DNA of 64,000 bases. Source: Macrostomum lignano (Eukaryota). The stretch is from the NCBI GenBank assembly GCA_002269645.1, contig NIVC01001634.1, positions 124,001-188,000 on the forward strand, in the 5' to 3' direction. Below, piece by piece: positions 36,936 to 52,700 of the stretch. Numbering within the stretch: position 1 is the stretch's first letter; each line of letters begins with the position of its first letter. Below the pieces are notes generated by a model. That model was not told the origin of the DNA and searched no databases. It worked only from the letters and a program-made list of their open reading frames with translations. Both the position numbers and the translations under genes were made by a program.

Positions 36936-37439
36936 TGCATCCCCCGAATAGCTATCTACTCACACTGTCTAGAGCTCTTTCATTCAACCTTCGAATGTCT
37001 TCTAGCTGACCTTCAGACTGAACTGCAGTCTGTTTTAACCGACAAACAATGTAAAAATGAATGACAAAAAATTCTCGAAAAAAGGCTGCCAGACCACCAA
37101 AAGGCTCGTAAAATTACAGGCCGAAGCGCGTCAAACCGAGTTCGTTTTTGGTTTTAGCAGTTTCAGCCGCCTCAGAATTTTTTCCGAACAATTCGAATAC
37201 TGCTTCGAGTCGAGCTCGCTATTACGTAATCGAATGCTGGATACGAGAGACTCGGTATGAGACAGAAACAACAACGAAGAAATGAAGATTAAGTCTGGCA
37301 AGTGTCCGACCGCGCAAGAAGGGCCGCGGCTGCGCCAGGGACTACTATAGAAAGCAATCTTGATGCTGGACTGGAAACCCGAAAATTTAGAAAAAAAAGG
37401 TGGACTATTGCGCGCTTATATATCTTTCATAGCATTAGC

Positions 37440-38815
37440 TTGTGTCTGTGCGTGTGTCATGGTGTCTGTCTTTATGTCTGCTAGTGTCAGTCTTAGTGTT
37501 TCCTATAGTGTCTGTCCTAGTGCCTGTCTTTATGTCTGCTAGTGTCAGTCTTAGTGTTTCCTATAGTGTCTGTCCCAGTGTCTGTCTTTATGTCTGCTAG
37601 TGTCAGTCTTAGTGTTTCCTATAGTGTCTGTCCCAGTGTCTGTCTCATTGTCTTTATCAGTGTCTGTCTCAGTGTCTGTCTCTGTGTCTGTCTCAGTGTC
37701 TGTCTTAGTGTCTGTCTCAGTGTCTGTCTCAGTGTCTGTCTCAGTGTCTGTCTTAGTGTCTGTCTCAGTGTCTGTCTCATTGTCTGTCTCATTGTCTTTA
37801 TCAGTGTCTCTCTCAGTGTCTGTCTCAGTGTCTGTCTCAGTGTCTGTCCTAGTGTCTGTCCTAGTGTCTGTCCTAGTGTCTGTCCTAGTGTCTGTCCTAG
37901 TGTCTGTCCTAGTGTCTGTCTCAGTGTCTGTCTCAGTGTCTGCCCTAGTGTCTGTCCTAGTGTCTGTCCTAGTGTCTGTCCTAGTGTCTGTCCTAGTGTC
38001 TGTCCTAGTGTCTGTCCTAGTGTCTGTCTCAGTGTCTGTCCCAGTGTCTGTCCTAGTGTCTGTCCTAGTGTCTGTCCTAGTGTCTGTCCTAGTGTCTGTC
38101 CTAGTGTCTGTCCTAGTGTCTGTCCTAGTGTCTGTCCTAGTGTCTGTCCTAGTGTCTGTCTCAGTGCCTGTCCCAGTGTCTTTATCAGTGTCTCTCTCAG
38201 TGTCTGTCTCAGTGTCTGTCTTAGTGTCTGTCTCATTGTCTGTCTCAGTGCCTGTCTCATTGTCTTTATCAGTGCCTGTCCCAGTGTCTTTATCAGTGCC
38301 TGTCCCAGTGTCTTTATCAGTGTCTGTTTCAGTGTCTTTATCAGTGTCTTTCTCAGTGTCTGTCTCAGTGTCTGTCTCAGTGTCTGTCTCAGTGTCTGTC
38401 TCAGTGTCTGTCTCAGTGTCTGTCTCAGTGTCTGTCTCAGTGTCTGTCTTAGTGTCTGTCTTAGTGTCTGTCTTAGTGTCTGTCTCAGTGTCTGTCTCAG
38501 TGTCTGTCTCAGTGTCTGTCTCAGTGTCTGTCTTAGTGTCTGTCTTAGTGTCTGTCTTAGTGTCTGTCTCAGTGTCTGTCTCAGTGTCTGTCTTAGTGTC
38601 TGTCTCAGTGTCTCTCTCAGTGTCTGTCTCAGTGTCTGTCTTAGTGTCTGTCTCATTGTCTTTATCAGTGTCTCTCTCAGTGTCTGTCTCAGTGTCTGTC
38701 TTAGTGTCTGTCTCATTGTCTTTATCAGTGTCTCTCTCAGTGTCTGTCTCAGTGTCTGTCTCAGTGTCTGTCTCAGTGTCTGTTTCAGTGTCTTTATCAG
38801 TGTGTCTCAGTGTCT
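37440..38815. repeat. 12-bp repeat GTGTCTGTC(TC/CT/TT)A
   Basis: Direct. Confidence 0.95.
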
Positions 38816-39582
38816 TTTTGTCCATCAGTGCTGAAATTTCGGGGTCCCCAAATGCATTTCAAAGCAAATTTACTGAGCTTCCAAACAAATGGTCACATGT
38901 GGATAATAGTAACGAAAAAACAGCCCAGTCCAGGTTAAAGTTTCAGGAGTCCATGAACTGCCTGTAAATTTTCTACATTTCCATGAATTTTGTAACAAAT
39001 CTACGTCAGGAGCAAGAGGTGGAGGGGTCAACAGGTGCATTCGTGCAGCAAGTTTAGGCGGGAGCTTCTGTTTATTATAGCAACACAAACAGCTCCTTTC
39101 TAAAGCTTCTTTTTGCAGACCTGCTCAACGGCTCTCGAGTCTGATGCAGAGCATGCTGTACAATCACAATGGTATTTTGAGTCAAGCTGTATAGGGTTCA
39201 AGATTGCGTAATATACGATAATATACGACCTCTGCACCTCACGCGCTATCTGTCTGCGTTTTGTTATCTCGCCTGCGCACGTGATTCATGCTTGAAAGCC
39301 GTGGTTAGCCCAATGTGTTTACGACGTAATGTTTTTCTGGAGGTTTAGTACTTTCTGGCGCCACCGGCTCTGACTCTTGCAAAGCCATAGACAAAACGCA
39401 TAGTAAACAGGTGACTGCCTCTTAAGTCCCAATGCCAAATGGGGACACACTTCAGTTGCTAAGCGGAACAAAGCTTGGTGACATGTTGAGCGATGATGCA
39501 ATCGAGGACAGCTCTCTCCACGATATTCGGACAGCTGACAGCTATGATTGTAGAACCTGTTCGTTTGTAAATATTCCTGGTG

Positions 39583-40385
<803 letters not shown>

Positions 40386-40749
40386 TAAAATAATTGAAAA
40401 ATACTGAGAAATGGAAAAGCCAAAAACGCACACACTAGAACACTAGTGAGGGGAGAACAAAGAGCTGCTATTTGACGGGACGTGCTCGCGGAGCCACGAA
40501 AAACCTCGCCGCCCCCGCTGCCGCCCCGCCCTCCTAGCGCGGTTCGAAAATAATTGGGATTTGCGCAACACACCTCCTGAGGAGGTAGGGCGTTGTGAAG
40601 CAGACGACGCCTCTCAATGCAACGCAATGACCCATTACAGTTATATTTATGCTTTAGTAGACTGAACAGGCCACAGAATAGCATAGGCTGTAGAGGATGT
40701 GGAATATTTCCATTTGTGACTGCTCATGGGAAACTGTTGGGTTTTTGGC

Positions 40750-43700
40750 ATACCTTCTCCCTCACTATCTACCTTGGTGTCTCGCCTCTCTCCCTCACTA
40801 TCTACCTTGGTGTCTCGCCTCTCTCCCTCACTATCTACTTTGGTGTCTCGCCTCTCTCCCTCACTATCTACGTTGGTGTTTCACCTCTCTCCCTCACTAT
40901 CTACTTTGGTGTCTCATCTGTCTCTCCCTCACTATCTACCTTGGTGTCTCGCCTCTCTCCCTCACTATCTACCTTGGTGTCTCGCCTCTCTCCCTCACTA
41001 TCTACCTTGGTGTCTCGCCTCTCTCCCTCACTATCTACTTTGGTGTCTCGCCTCTCTCCCTCACTATCTACTTTGGTGTCTCGCCTCTCTCCCTCACTAT
41101 CTACCTTGGTGTCTCGCCTCTCTCCCTCACTATCTACTTTGGTGTCTCGCCTCTCTCCCTCACTATCTACGTTGGTGTCTCACCTCTCTCACTCACTATC
41201 TACCTTGGTTTTTCACCTCTCTCCCTCACTATCTACGTTGGTGCCTCACCTCTCCCTCACTATCTACCTTGGTGTCTCACCTCTCTCCCTCACTATCTAC
41301 CTTGGTGTCTCACCTCTCTCCCTCACTATCTACCTTGGTGTCTCACCTCTCCCTCACTATCTACTTTGGTGTCTCATCTGTCTCTCTCTCACTATCTACC
41401 TTGGTGTCTCACCTCTCTCCCTCACTATCTACTTTGGTGTCTCACCTCTCTCCCTCACTATCTACTTTGGTGTCTCATCTGTCTCTCCCTCACTATCTAC
41501 CTTGGTGTCTCGCCTCTCTCCCTCACTATCTACCTTGGTGTCTCGCCTCTCTCCCTCACTATCTACCTTGGTGTCTCATCTGTCTCTCACTCACTATCTA
41601 CGTTGGTGTTTCACCTCTCTCCCTCACTATCTACTTTGGTGTCTCACCTCTCTCACTCACTATCTACGTTGGTGTTTCACCTCTCTCCCTCACTATCTAC
41701 GTTGGTGTCTCACCTCTCTCACTCACTATCTACGTTGGTGTTTCACCTCTCTCCCTCACTATCTACCTTGGTGTTTCACCTCTCTCCCTCACTATCTACT
41801 TTGGTGCCTCATCTGTCTCTCCCTCACTATCTACCTTGGTGTCTCGCCTCTCTCCCTCACTATCTACCTTGGTGTCTCATCTGTCTCTCCCTCACTATCT
41901 ACCTTGGTGTCTCGCCTCTCTCCCTCACTATCTACCTTGGTGTCTCGCCTCTCTCCCTCACTATCTACCTTGGTGTCTCATCTGTCTCTCCCTCACTATC
42001 TACCTTGGTGTCTCGCCTTTCTCCCTCACTATCTACTTTGGTGTCTCGCCTCTCTCCCTCACTATCTACTTTGGTGTCTCACCTCTCTCACTCACTATCT
42101 ACGTTGGTGTTTCACCTCTCTCCCTCACTATCTACGTTGGTGTCTCACCTCTCTCACTCACTATCTACGTTGGTGTTTCACCTCTCTCCCTCACTATCTA
42201 CGTTGGTGTCTCACCTCTCTCACTCACTATCTACGTTGGTGTTTCACCTCTCTCCCTCACTATCTACCTTGGTGTCTCGCCTCTCTCCCTCACTATCTAC
42301 TTTGGTGTCTCGCCTCTCTCCCTCACTATCTACCTTGGTGTCTCGCCTCTCTCCCTCACTATCTACTTTGGTGTCTCGCCTCTCTCCCTCACTATCTACG
42401 TTGGTGTCTCACCTCTCTCACTCACTATCTACCTTGGTTTTTCACCTCTCTCCCTCACTATCTACGTTGGTGTCTCACCTCTCCCTCACTATCTACCTTG
42501 GTGTCTCACCTCTCTCCCTCACTATCTACCTTGGTGTCTCACCTCTCTCCCTCACTATCTACCTTGGTGTCTCACCTCTCCCTCACTATCTACTTTGGTG
42601 TCTCATCTGTCTCTCTCTCACTATCTACCTTGGTGTCTCACCTCTCTCCCTCACTATCTACTTTGGTGTCTCACCTCTCTCCCTCACTATCTACTTTGGT
42701 GTCTCATCTGTCTCTCCCTCACTATCTACCTTGGTGTCTCGCCTCTCTCCCTCACTATCTACCTTGGTGTCTCACCTCTCTCCCTCACTATCTACCTTGG
42801 TGTCTCACCTCTCTCCCTCACTATCTACCTTGGTGTCTCACCTCTCCCTCACTATCTACTTTGGTGTCTCATCTGTCTCTCTCTCACTATCTACCTTGGT
42901 GTCTCACCTCTCTCCCTCACTATCTACTTTGGTGTCTCACCTCTCTCCCTCACTATCTACTTTGGTGTCTCATCTGTCTCTCCCTCACTATCTACCTTGG
43001 TGTCTCGCCTCTCTCCCTCACTATCTACCTTGGTGTCTCACCTCTCTCCCTCACTATCTACCTTGGTGTCTCGCCTCTCTCCCTCACTATCTACCTTGGT
43101 GTCTCGCCTCTCTTCCTCACTATCTACCTTGGTGTCTCGCCTCTCTCCCTCACTATCTACTTTGGTGTCTCACTTCTCTCCCTCACTATCTACCTTGGTG
43201 TCTCGCCTCTCTCCCTCACTATCTACTTTGGTGTCTCACCTCTCTCCCTCACTATCTACCTTGGTGTCTCACCTCTCCCTCACTATCTACTTTGGTGTCT
43301 CATCTGTCTCTCTCTCACTATCTACCTTGGTGTCTCACCTCTCTCCCTCACTATCTACTTTGGTGTCTCATCTGTCTCTCTCTCACTATCTACCTTGGTG
43401 TCTCGCCTCTCTCCCTCACTATCTACTTTGGTGTCTCACCTCTCTCCCTCACTATCTACTTTGGTGTCTCATCTGTCTCTCCCTCACTATCTACCTTGGT
43501 GTCTCGCCTCTCTCCCTCACTATCTACCTTGGTGTCTCACCTCTCTCCCTCACTATCTACCTTGGTGTCTCGCCTCTCTCCCTCACTATCTACCTTGGTG
43601 TCTCGCCTCTCTTCCTCACTATCTACCTTGGTGTCTCGCCTCTCTCCCTCACTATCTACTTTGGTGTCTCACTTCTCTCCCTCACTATCTACCTTGGTGT

Positions 43701-46700
43701 CTCGCCTCTCTCCCTCACTATCTACTTTGGTGTCTCATCTGTCTCTCCCTCACTATCTACCTTGGTGTCTCGCCTCTCTCCCTCACTATCTACTTTGGTG
43801 TCTCATCTGTCTCTCCCTCACTATCTACCTTGGTGTCTCGCCTCTCTCCCTCACTATCTACCTTGGTGTCTCACCTCTCTCACTCACTATCTACGTTGGT
43901 GTTTCACCTCTCTCCCTCACTATCTACTTTGGTGTCTCACCTCTCTCACTCACTATCTACGTTGGTGTTTCACCTCTCTCCCTCACTATCTACGTTGGTG
44001 TCTCACCTCTCTCACTCACTATCTACGTTGGTGTTTCACCTCTCTCCCTCACTATCTACCTTGGTGTTTCACCTCTCTCCCTCACTATCTACTTTGGTGT
44101 CTCATCTGTCTCTCCCTCACTATCTACCTTGGTGTCTCGCCTCTCTCCCTCACTATCTACCTTGGTGTCTCATCTGTCTCTCCCTCACTATCTACCTTGG
44201 TGTCTCGCCTCTCTCCCTCACTATCTACCTTGGTGTCTCGCCTCTCTCCCTCACTATCTACCTTGGTGTCTCATCTGTCTCTCCCTCACTATCTACCTTG
44301 GTGTCTCGCCTCTCTCCCTCACTATCTACTTTGGTGTCTCGCCTCTCTCCCTCACTATCTACTTTGGTGTCTCACCTCTCTCACTCACTATCTACGTTGG
44401 TGTTTCACCTCTCTCCCTCACTATCTACGTTGGTGTCTCACCTCTCTCACTCACTATCTACGTTGGTGTTTCACCTCTCTCCCTCACTATCTACTTTGGT
44501 GTCTCACCTCTCTCACTCACTATCTACTTTGGTGTCTCACCTCTCTCACTCACTATCTACTTTGGTGTCTCACCTCTCTCACTCACTATCTACGTTGGTG
44601 TTTCACCTCTCTCCCTCACTATCTACCTTGGTGTCTCGCCTCTCTCCCTCACTATCTACTTTGGTGTCTCACCTCTCTCACTCACTATCTACGTTGGTGT
44701 TTCACCTCTCTCCCTCACTATCTACCTTGGTGTCTCGCCTCTCTCCCTCACTATCTACGTTGGTGTTTCACCTCTCTCACTCACTATCTACTTTGGTGTC
44801 TCGCCTCTCTCCCTCACTATCTACCTTGGTGTTTCACCTCTCTCCCTCACTATCTACCTTGGTGTCTCGCCTCTCTCACTCACTATCTACGTTGGTGTTT
44901 CACCTCTCTCACTCACTATCTACTTTGGTGTCTCGCCTCTCTCCCTCACTATCTACGTTGGTGTTTCACCTCTCTCACTCACTATCTACTTTGGTGTCTC
45001 ACCTCTCTCACTCACTATCTACGTTGGTGTTTCACCTCTCTCCCTCACTATCTACCTTGGTGTCTCGCCTCTCTCCTCACTATCTACGTTGGTGTTCACC
45101 TCTCTCCTCACTATCTACTTGGTGTCTCGCCTCTCTCCCTCACTATCTACCTTGGTGTCTCGCCTCTCTCCCTCACTATCTACTTTGGTGTCTCGCCTCT
45201 CTCCCTCACTATCTACGTTGGTGTCTCACCTCTCTCACTCACTATCTACCTTGGTTTTTCACCTCTCTCCCTCACTATCTACGTTGGTGTCTCACCTCTC
45301 CCTCACTATCTACCTTGGTGTCTCACCTCTCTCCCTCACTATCTACCTTGGTGTCTCACCTCTCTCCCTCACTATCTACCTTGGTGTCTCACCTCTCCCT
45401 CACTATCTACTTGGTGTCTCATCTGTCTCTCTCACTATCTACCTTGGTGTCTCACCTCTCTCCCTCACTATCTACTTTGGTGTCTCACCTCTCTCCCTCA
45501 CTATCTACTTTGGTGTCTCATCTGTCTCTCCCTCACTATCTACCTTGGTGTCTCGCCTCTCTCCCTCACTATCTACTTGGTGTCTCACCTCTCTCCCTCA
45601 CTATCTACCTTGGTGTCTCACCTCTCTCCCTCACTATCTACCTTGGTGTCTCACCTCTCCCTCACTATCTACTTTGGTGTCTCATCTGTCTCTCCTCACT
45701 ATCTACCTTGGTGTCTCACCTCTCTCCCTCACTATCTACTTTGGTGTCTCACCTCTCTCCCTCACTATCTACTTGGTGTCTCATCTCTCTCCCTCACTAT
45801 CTACCTTGGTGTCTCGCCTCTCTCCCTCACTATCTACCTTGGTGTCTCACCTCTCTCCCTCACTATCTACCTTGGTGTCTCGCCTCTCTCCCTCACTATC
45901 TACCTTGGTGTCTCGCCTCTCTCCCTCACTATCTACTTGGTGTCTCGCCTCTCTCCCTCACTATCTACCTTGGTGTCTCGCCTCTCTCCCTCACTATCTA
46001 CTTGGTGTCTCGCTCTCTCCCTCACTATCTACCTTGGTGTCTCGCCTCTCTCCCTCACTATCTACTTGGTGTCTCATCTGTCTCTCCCTCACTATCTACC
46101 TTGGTGTCTCGCTCTCTCCCTCACTATCTACCTTGGTGTCTCGCCTCTCTCCCTCACTATCTACCTTGGTGTCTCGCTCTCTCCCTCACTATCTACCTTG
46201 GTGTCTCGCCTCTCTCCCTCACTATCTACCTTGGTGTCTCGCCTCTCTCCCTCACTATCTACCTTGGTGTCTCGCCTCTCTCCCTCACTATCTACTTGGT
46301 GTCTCGCCTCTCTCCCTCACTATCTACTTTGGTGTCTCACCTCTCTCCTCACTATCTACTTGGTGTCTCACCTCTCTCCCTCACTATCTACTTGGTGTCT
46401 CACCTCTCTCCTCACTATCTACTTGGTGTTCACCTCTCTCCCTCACTATCTACTTGGTGTCTCACCTCTCTCCTCACTATCTACTTGGTGTCTCACCTCT
46501 CTCCCTCACTATCTACCTTGGTGTCTCACCTCTCTCCCTCACTATCTACTTGGTGTCTCACCTCTCTCCCTCACTATCTACCTTGGTGTCTCGCTCTCTC
46601 CCTCACTATCTACCTTGGTGTCTCATCTCTCTCCCTCACTATCTACCTTGGTGTCTCGCCTCTCTCCCTCACTATCTACCTTGGTGTCTCGCCTCTCTCC

Positions 46701-49700
46701 CTCACTATCTACCTTGGTGTCTCATCTCTCTCCCTCACTATCTACCTTGGTGTCTCGCCTCTCTCCCTCACTATCTACTTGGTGTCTCGCCTCTCTCCCT
46801 CACTATCTACTTGGTGTCTCACCTCTCTCCTCACTATCTACTTGGTGTTCACCTCTCTCCCTCACTATCTACTTGGTGTCTCACCTCTCTCCTCACTATC
46901 TACTTGGTGTCTCACCTCTCTCCCTCACTATCTACTTGGTGTCTCACCTCTCTCCTCACTATCTACTTTGGTGTCTCACCTCTCTCCCTCACTATCTACT
47001 TTGGTGTCTCACCTCTCTCCTCACTATCTACTTGGTGTCTCACCTCTCTCCCTCACTATCTACCTTGGTGTCTCGCCTCTCTCCCTCACTATCTACTTTG
47101 GTGTCTCACCTCTCTCCTCACTATCTACTTGGTGTCTCACCTCTCTCCCTCACTATCTACTTTGGTGTCTCGCCTCTCTCCTCACTATCTACCTTGGTGT
47201 CTCACCTCTCTCCCTCACTATCTACCTTGGTGTCTCGCCTCTCTCCCTCACTATCTACCTTGGTGTCTCGCCTCTCTCCCTCACTATCTACCTTGGTGTC
47301 TCGCCTCTCTCCCTCACTATCTACTTTGGTGTCTCACTCTCTCCCTCACTATCTACCTTGGTGTCTCGCCTCTCTCCCTCACTATCTACTTTGGTGTCTC
47401 ATCTGTCTCTCCCTCACTATCTACCTTGGTGTCTCGCCTCTCTCCCTCACTATCTACTTTGGTGTCTCATCTGTCTCTCCCTCACTATCTACCTTGGTGT
47501 CTCGCCTCTCTCCCTCACTATCTACCTTGGTGTCTCATCTGTCTCTCCCTCACTATCTACCTTGGTGTCTCGCCTCTCTCCCTCACTATCTACCTTGGTG
47601 TCTCGCCTCTCTCCCTCACTATCTACCTTGGTGTCTCATCTGTCTCTCCCTCACTATCTACCTTGGTGTCTCGCCTCTCTCCCTCACTATCTACTTGGTG
47701 TCTCGCCTCTCTCCCTCACTATCTACTTGGTGTCTCACCTCTCTCCTCACTATCTACTTGGTGTCTCACCTCTCTCCCTCACTATCTACTTGGTGTCTCA
47801 CCTCTCTCACTCACTATCTACGTTGGTGTTTCACCTCTCTCCCTCACTATCTACTTGGTGTCTCACCTCTCTCACTCACTATCTACGTTGGTGTTTCACC
47901 TCTCTCCCTCACTATCTACCTTGGTGTCTCACCTCTCTCCTCACTATCTACTTGGTGTCTCATCTCTCTCCCTCACTATCTACCTTGGTGTCTCGCCTCT
48001 CTCCCTCACTATCTACCTTGGTGTCTCATCTGTCTCTCCCTCACTATCTACCTTGGTGTCTCGCCTCTCTCCCTCACTATCTACCTTGGTGTCTCGCCTC
48101 TCTCCCTCACTATCTACCTTGGTGTCTCATCTCTCTCCCTCACTATCTACCTTGGTGTCTCGCCTCTCTCCCTCACTATCTACTTGGTGTCTCGCCTCTC
48201 TCCCTCACTATCTACTTTGGTGTCTCACCTCTCTCCTCACTATCTACTTGGTGTTCACCTCTCTCCCTCACTATCTACTTGGTGTCTCACCTCTCTCACT
48301 CACTATCTACTTGGTGTTTCACCTCTCTCCCTCACTATCTACTTGGTGTCTCACCTCTCTCACTCACTATCTACTTGGTGTCTCACCTCTCTCCTCACTA
48401 TCTACTTTGGTGTCTCACCTCTCTCACTCACTATCTACTTGGTGTCTCACCTCTCTCCCTCACTATCTACTTGGTGTCTCGCCTCTCTCCCTCACTATCT
48501 ACTTGGTGTCTCACCTCTCTCCCTCACTATCTACTTGGTGTCTCACCTCTCTCCCTCACTATCTACTTGGTGTCTCGCCTCTCTCCCTCACTATCTACTT
48601 TGGTGTCTCGCCTCTCTCCCTCACTATCTACCTTGGTGTCTCGCCTCTCTCCCTCACTATCTACTTTGGTGTCTCGCCTCTCTCCTCACTATCTACTTGG
48701 TGTTCACCTCTCTCCCTCACTATCTACTTGGTGTCTCACCTCTCTCCTCACTATCTACTTGGTGTCTCACCTCTCCCTCACTATCTACCTTGGTGTCTCA
48801 CCTCTCTCCCTCACTATCTACCTTGGTGTCTCACCTCTCTCCTCACTATCTACCTTGGTGTCTCACCTCTCTCCCTCACTATCTACTTGGTGTCTCACCT
48901 CTCTCCTCACTATCTACCTTGGTGTCTCACCTCTCTCCCTCACTATCTACTTTGGTGTCTCACCTCTCTCCCTCACTATCTACTTGGTGTCTCATCCTCT
49001 CTCCCTCACTATCTACCTTGGTGTCTCGCCTCTCTCCCTCACTATCTACCTTGGTGTCTCGCCTCTCTCCCTCACTATCTACCTTGGTGTCTCGCCTCTC
49101 TCCCTCACTATCTACCTTGGTGTCTCGCCTCTCTCCCTCACTATCTACTTGGTGTCTCGCCTCTCTCCTCACTATCTACTTGGTGTCTCGCCTCTCTCCC
49201 TCACTATCTACTTTGGTGTCTCACCTCTCCCTCACTATCTACTTGGTGTCTCACCTCTCTCCTCACTATCTACTTTGGTGTCTCACCTCTCTCCCTCACT
49301 ATCTACCTTGGTGTCTCACCTCTCTCCCTCACTATCTACTTTGGTGTCTCATCTCTCTCTCACTATCTACCTTGGTGTCTCACCTCTCTCCCTCACTATC
49401 TACTTTGGTGTCTCACCTCTCTCCCTCACTATCTACCTTGGTGTCTCACCTCTCTCCCTCACTATCTACCTTGGTGTCTCGCCTCTCTCCCTCACTATCT
49501 ACCTTGGTGTCTCACCTCTCTCCCTCACTATCTACCTTGGTGTCTCGCCTCTCTCCCTCACTATCTACCTTGGTGTCTCACCTCTCTCCCTCACTATCTA
49601 CCTTGGTGTCTCGCCTCTCTCCCTCACTATCTACTTTGGTGTCTCACTCTCTCCCTCACTATCTACCTTGGTGTCTCGCCTCTCTCCCTCACTATCTACT

Positions 49701-52700
49701 TTGGTGTCTCATCTGTCTCTCCCTCACTATCTACCTTGGTGTCTCGCCTCTCTCCCTCACTATCTACTTTGGTGTCTCATCTGTCTCTCCCTCACTATCT
49801 ACCTTGGTGTCTCGCCTCTCTCCCTCACTATCTACCTTGGTGTCTCATCTGTCTCTCCCTCACTATCTACCTTGGTGTCTCGCCTCTCTCCCTCACTATC
49901 TACCTTGGTGTCTCGCCTCTCTCCCTCACTATCTACCTTGGTGTCTCGCCTCTCTCCCTCACTATCTACCTTGGTGTCTCGCCTCTCTCCCTCACTATCT
50001 ACTTGGTGTCTCACCTCTCTCCCTCACTATCTACTTGGTGTCTCACCTCTCTCCCTCACTATCTACTTGGTGTCTCACCTCTCTCCCTCACTATCTACTT
50101 GGTGTCTCACCTCTCTCACTCACTATCTACGTTGGTGTTCACCTCTCTCCCTCACTATCTACTTGGTGTCTCACCTCTCTCCTCACTATCTACTTGGTGT
50201 TCACCTCTCTCCCTCACTATCTACCTTGGTGTCTCACCTCTCTCCCTCACTATCTACTTGGTGTCTCACTCTCTCCCTCACTATCTACCTTGGTGTCTCG
50301 CCTCTCTCCCTCACTATCTACCTTGGTGTCTCATCCTCTCTCCCTCACTATCTACCTTGGTGTCTCGCCTCTCTCCCTCACTATCTACCTTGGTGTCTCA
50401 TCCTCTCTCCCTCACTATCTACCTTGGTGTCTCGCCTCTCTCCCTCACTATCTACCTTGGTGTCTCGCCTCTCTCCCTCACTATCTACTTGGTGTCTCAC
50501 CTCTCTCCCTCACTATCTACTTGGTGTCTCACCTCTCTCCTCACTATCTACGTTGGTGTCTCACCTCTCTCCCTCACTATCTACTTGGTGTCTCACCTCT
50601 CTCACTCACTATCTACTTGGTGTTTCACCTCTCTCCCTCACTATCTACTTTGGTGTCTCACCTCTCTCACTCACTATCTACTTGGTGTCTCACCTCTCTC
50701 CTCACTATCTACTTGGTGTCTCACCTCTCTCCTCACTATCTACTTGGTGTCTCACCTCTCTCCCTCACTATCTACTTTGGTGTCTCACCTCTCTCACTCA
50801 CTATCTACGTTGGTGTTTCACCTCTCTCCCTCACTATCTACCTTGGTGTCTCGCCTCTCTCCCTCACTATCTACTTTGGTGTCTCGCCTCTCTCCCTCAC
50901 TATCTACCTTGGTGTCTCGCCTCTCTCCCTCACTATCTACCTTGGTGTCTCGCCTCTCTCCCTCACTATCTACTTGGTGTCTCACCTCTCTCCCTCACTA
51001 TCTACCTTGGTGTCTCACCTCTCTCCCTCACTATCTACCTTGGTGTCTCACCTCTCTCCCTCACTATCTACTTGGTGTCTCACCTCTCTCCCTCACTATC
51101 TACCTTGGTGTCTCGCCTCTCTCCCTCACTATCTACCTTGGTGTCTCACCTCTCTCCCTCACTATCTACCTTGGTGTCTCACTCTCTCCCTCACTATCTA
51201 CCTTGGTGTCTCACCTCTCTCCCTCACTATCTACCTTGGTGTCTCACCTCTCTCCCTCACTATCTACTTTGGTGTCTCATCTACTCTCTCCCTCACTATC
51301 TACCTTGGTGTCTCGCCTCTCTCCCTCACTATCTACCTTGGTGTCTCACCTCTCTCCCTCACTATCTACCTTGGTGTCTCACCTCTCTCCCTCACTATCT
51401 ACCTTGGTGTCTCACCTCTCCCTCACTATCTACTTGGTGTCTCATCCTCTCTCTCACTATCTACCTTGGTGTCTCACCTCTCTCCCTCACTATCTACTTT
51501 GGTGTCTCACCTCTCTCCCTCACTATCTACTTGGTGTCTCATCTGTCTCTCCCTCACTATCTACCTTGGTGTCTCGCCTCTCTCCCTCACTATCTACCTT
51601 GGTGTCTCACCTCTCTCCCTCACTATCTACCTTGGTGTCTCGCCTCTCTCCCTCACTATCTACCTTGGTGTCTCGCCTCTCTCCCTCACTATCTACCTTG
51701 GTGTCTCGCCTCTCTCCCTCACTATCTACTTTGGTGTCTCACTCTCTCCCTCACTATCTACCTTGGTGTCTCGCCTCTCTCCCTCACTATCTACTTTGGT
51801 GTCTCATCTGTCTCTCCCTCACTATCTACCTTGGTGTCTCGCCTCTCTCCCTCACTATCTACTTTGGTGTCTCATCTGTCTCTCCCTCACTATCTACCTT
51901 GGTGTCTCGCCTCTCTCCCTCACTATCTACCTTGGTGTCTCATCTGTCTCTCCCTCACTATCTACCTTGGTGTCTCGCCTCTCTCCCTCACTATCTACCT
52001 TGGTGTCTCGCCTCTCTCCCTCACTATCTACCTTGGTGTCTCGCTCTCCCTCACTATCTACCTTGGTGTCTCGCCTCTCTCCCTCACTATCTACTTTGGT
52101 GTCTCGCCTCTCTCTCCCTCACTATCTACTTTGGTGTCTCACCTCTCTCCTCACTATCTACTTGGTGTTCACCTCTCTCCCTCACTATCTACTTTGGTGT
52201 CTCACCTCTCTCACTCACTATCTACGTTGGTGTTTCACCTCTCTCCCTCACTATCTACTTGGTGTCTCACCTCTCTCACTCACTATCTACCTTGGTGTTT
52301 CACCTCTCTCCCTCACTATCTACCTTGGTGTCACCTCTCTCCCTCACTATCTACTTTGGTGTCTCATCTCTCTCCCTCACTATCTACCTTGGTGTCTCGC
52401 CTCTCTCCCTCACTATCTACCTTGGTGTCTCATCTGTCTCTCCCTCACTATCTACCTTGGTGTCTCGCCTCTCTCCCTCACTATCTACCTTGGTGTCTCG
52501 CCTCTCTCCCTCACTATCTACCTTGGTGTCTCATCTGTCTCCCTCACTATCTACCTTGGTGTCTCGCCTCTCTCCCTCACTATCTACTTGGTGTCTCGCC
52601 TCTCTCCCTCACTATCTACTTGGTGTCTCACCTCTCTCCTCACTATCTACTTGGTGTCTCACCTCTCTCCCTCACTATCTACTTGGTGTCTCACCTCTCT

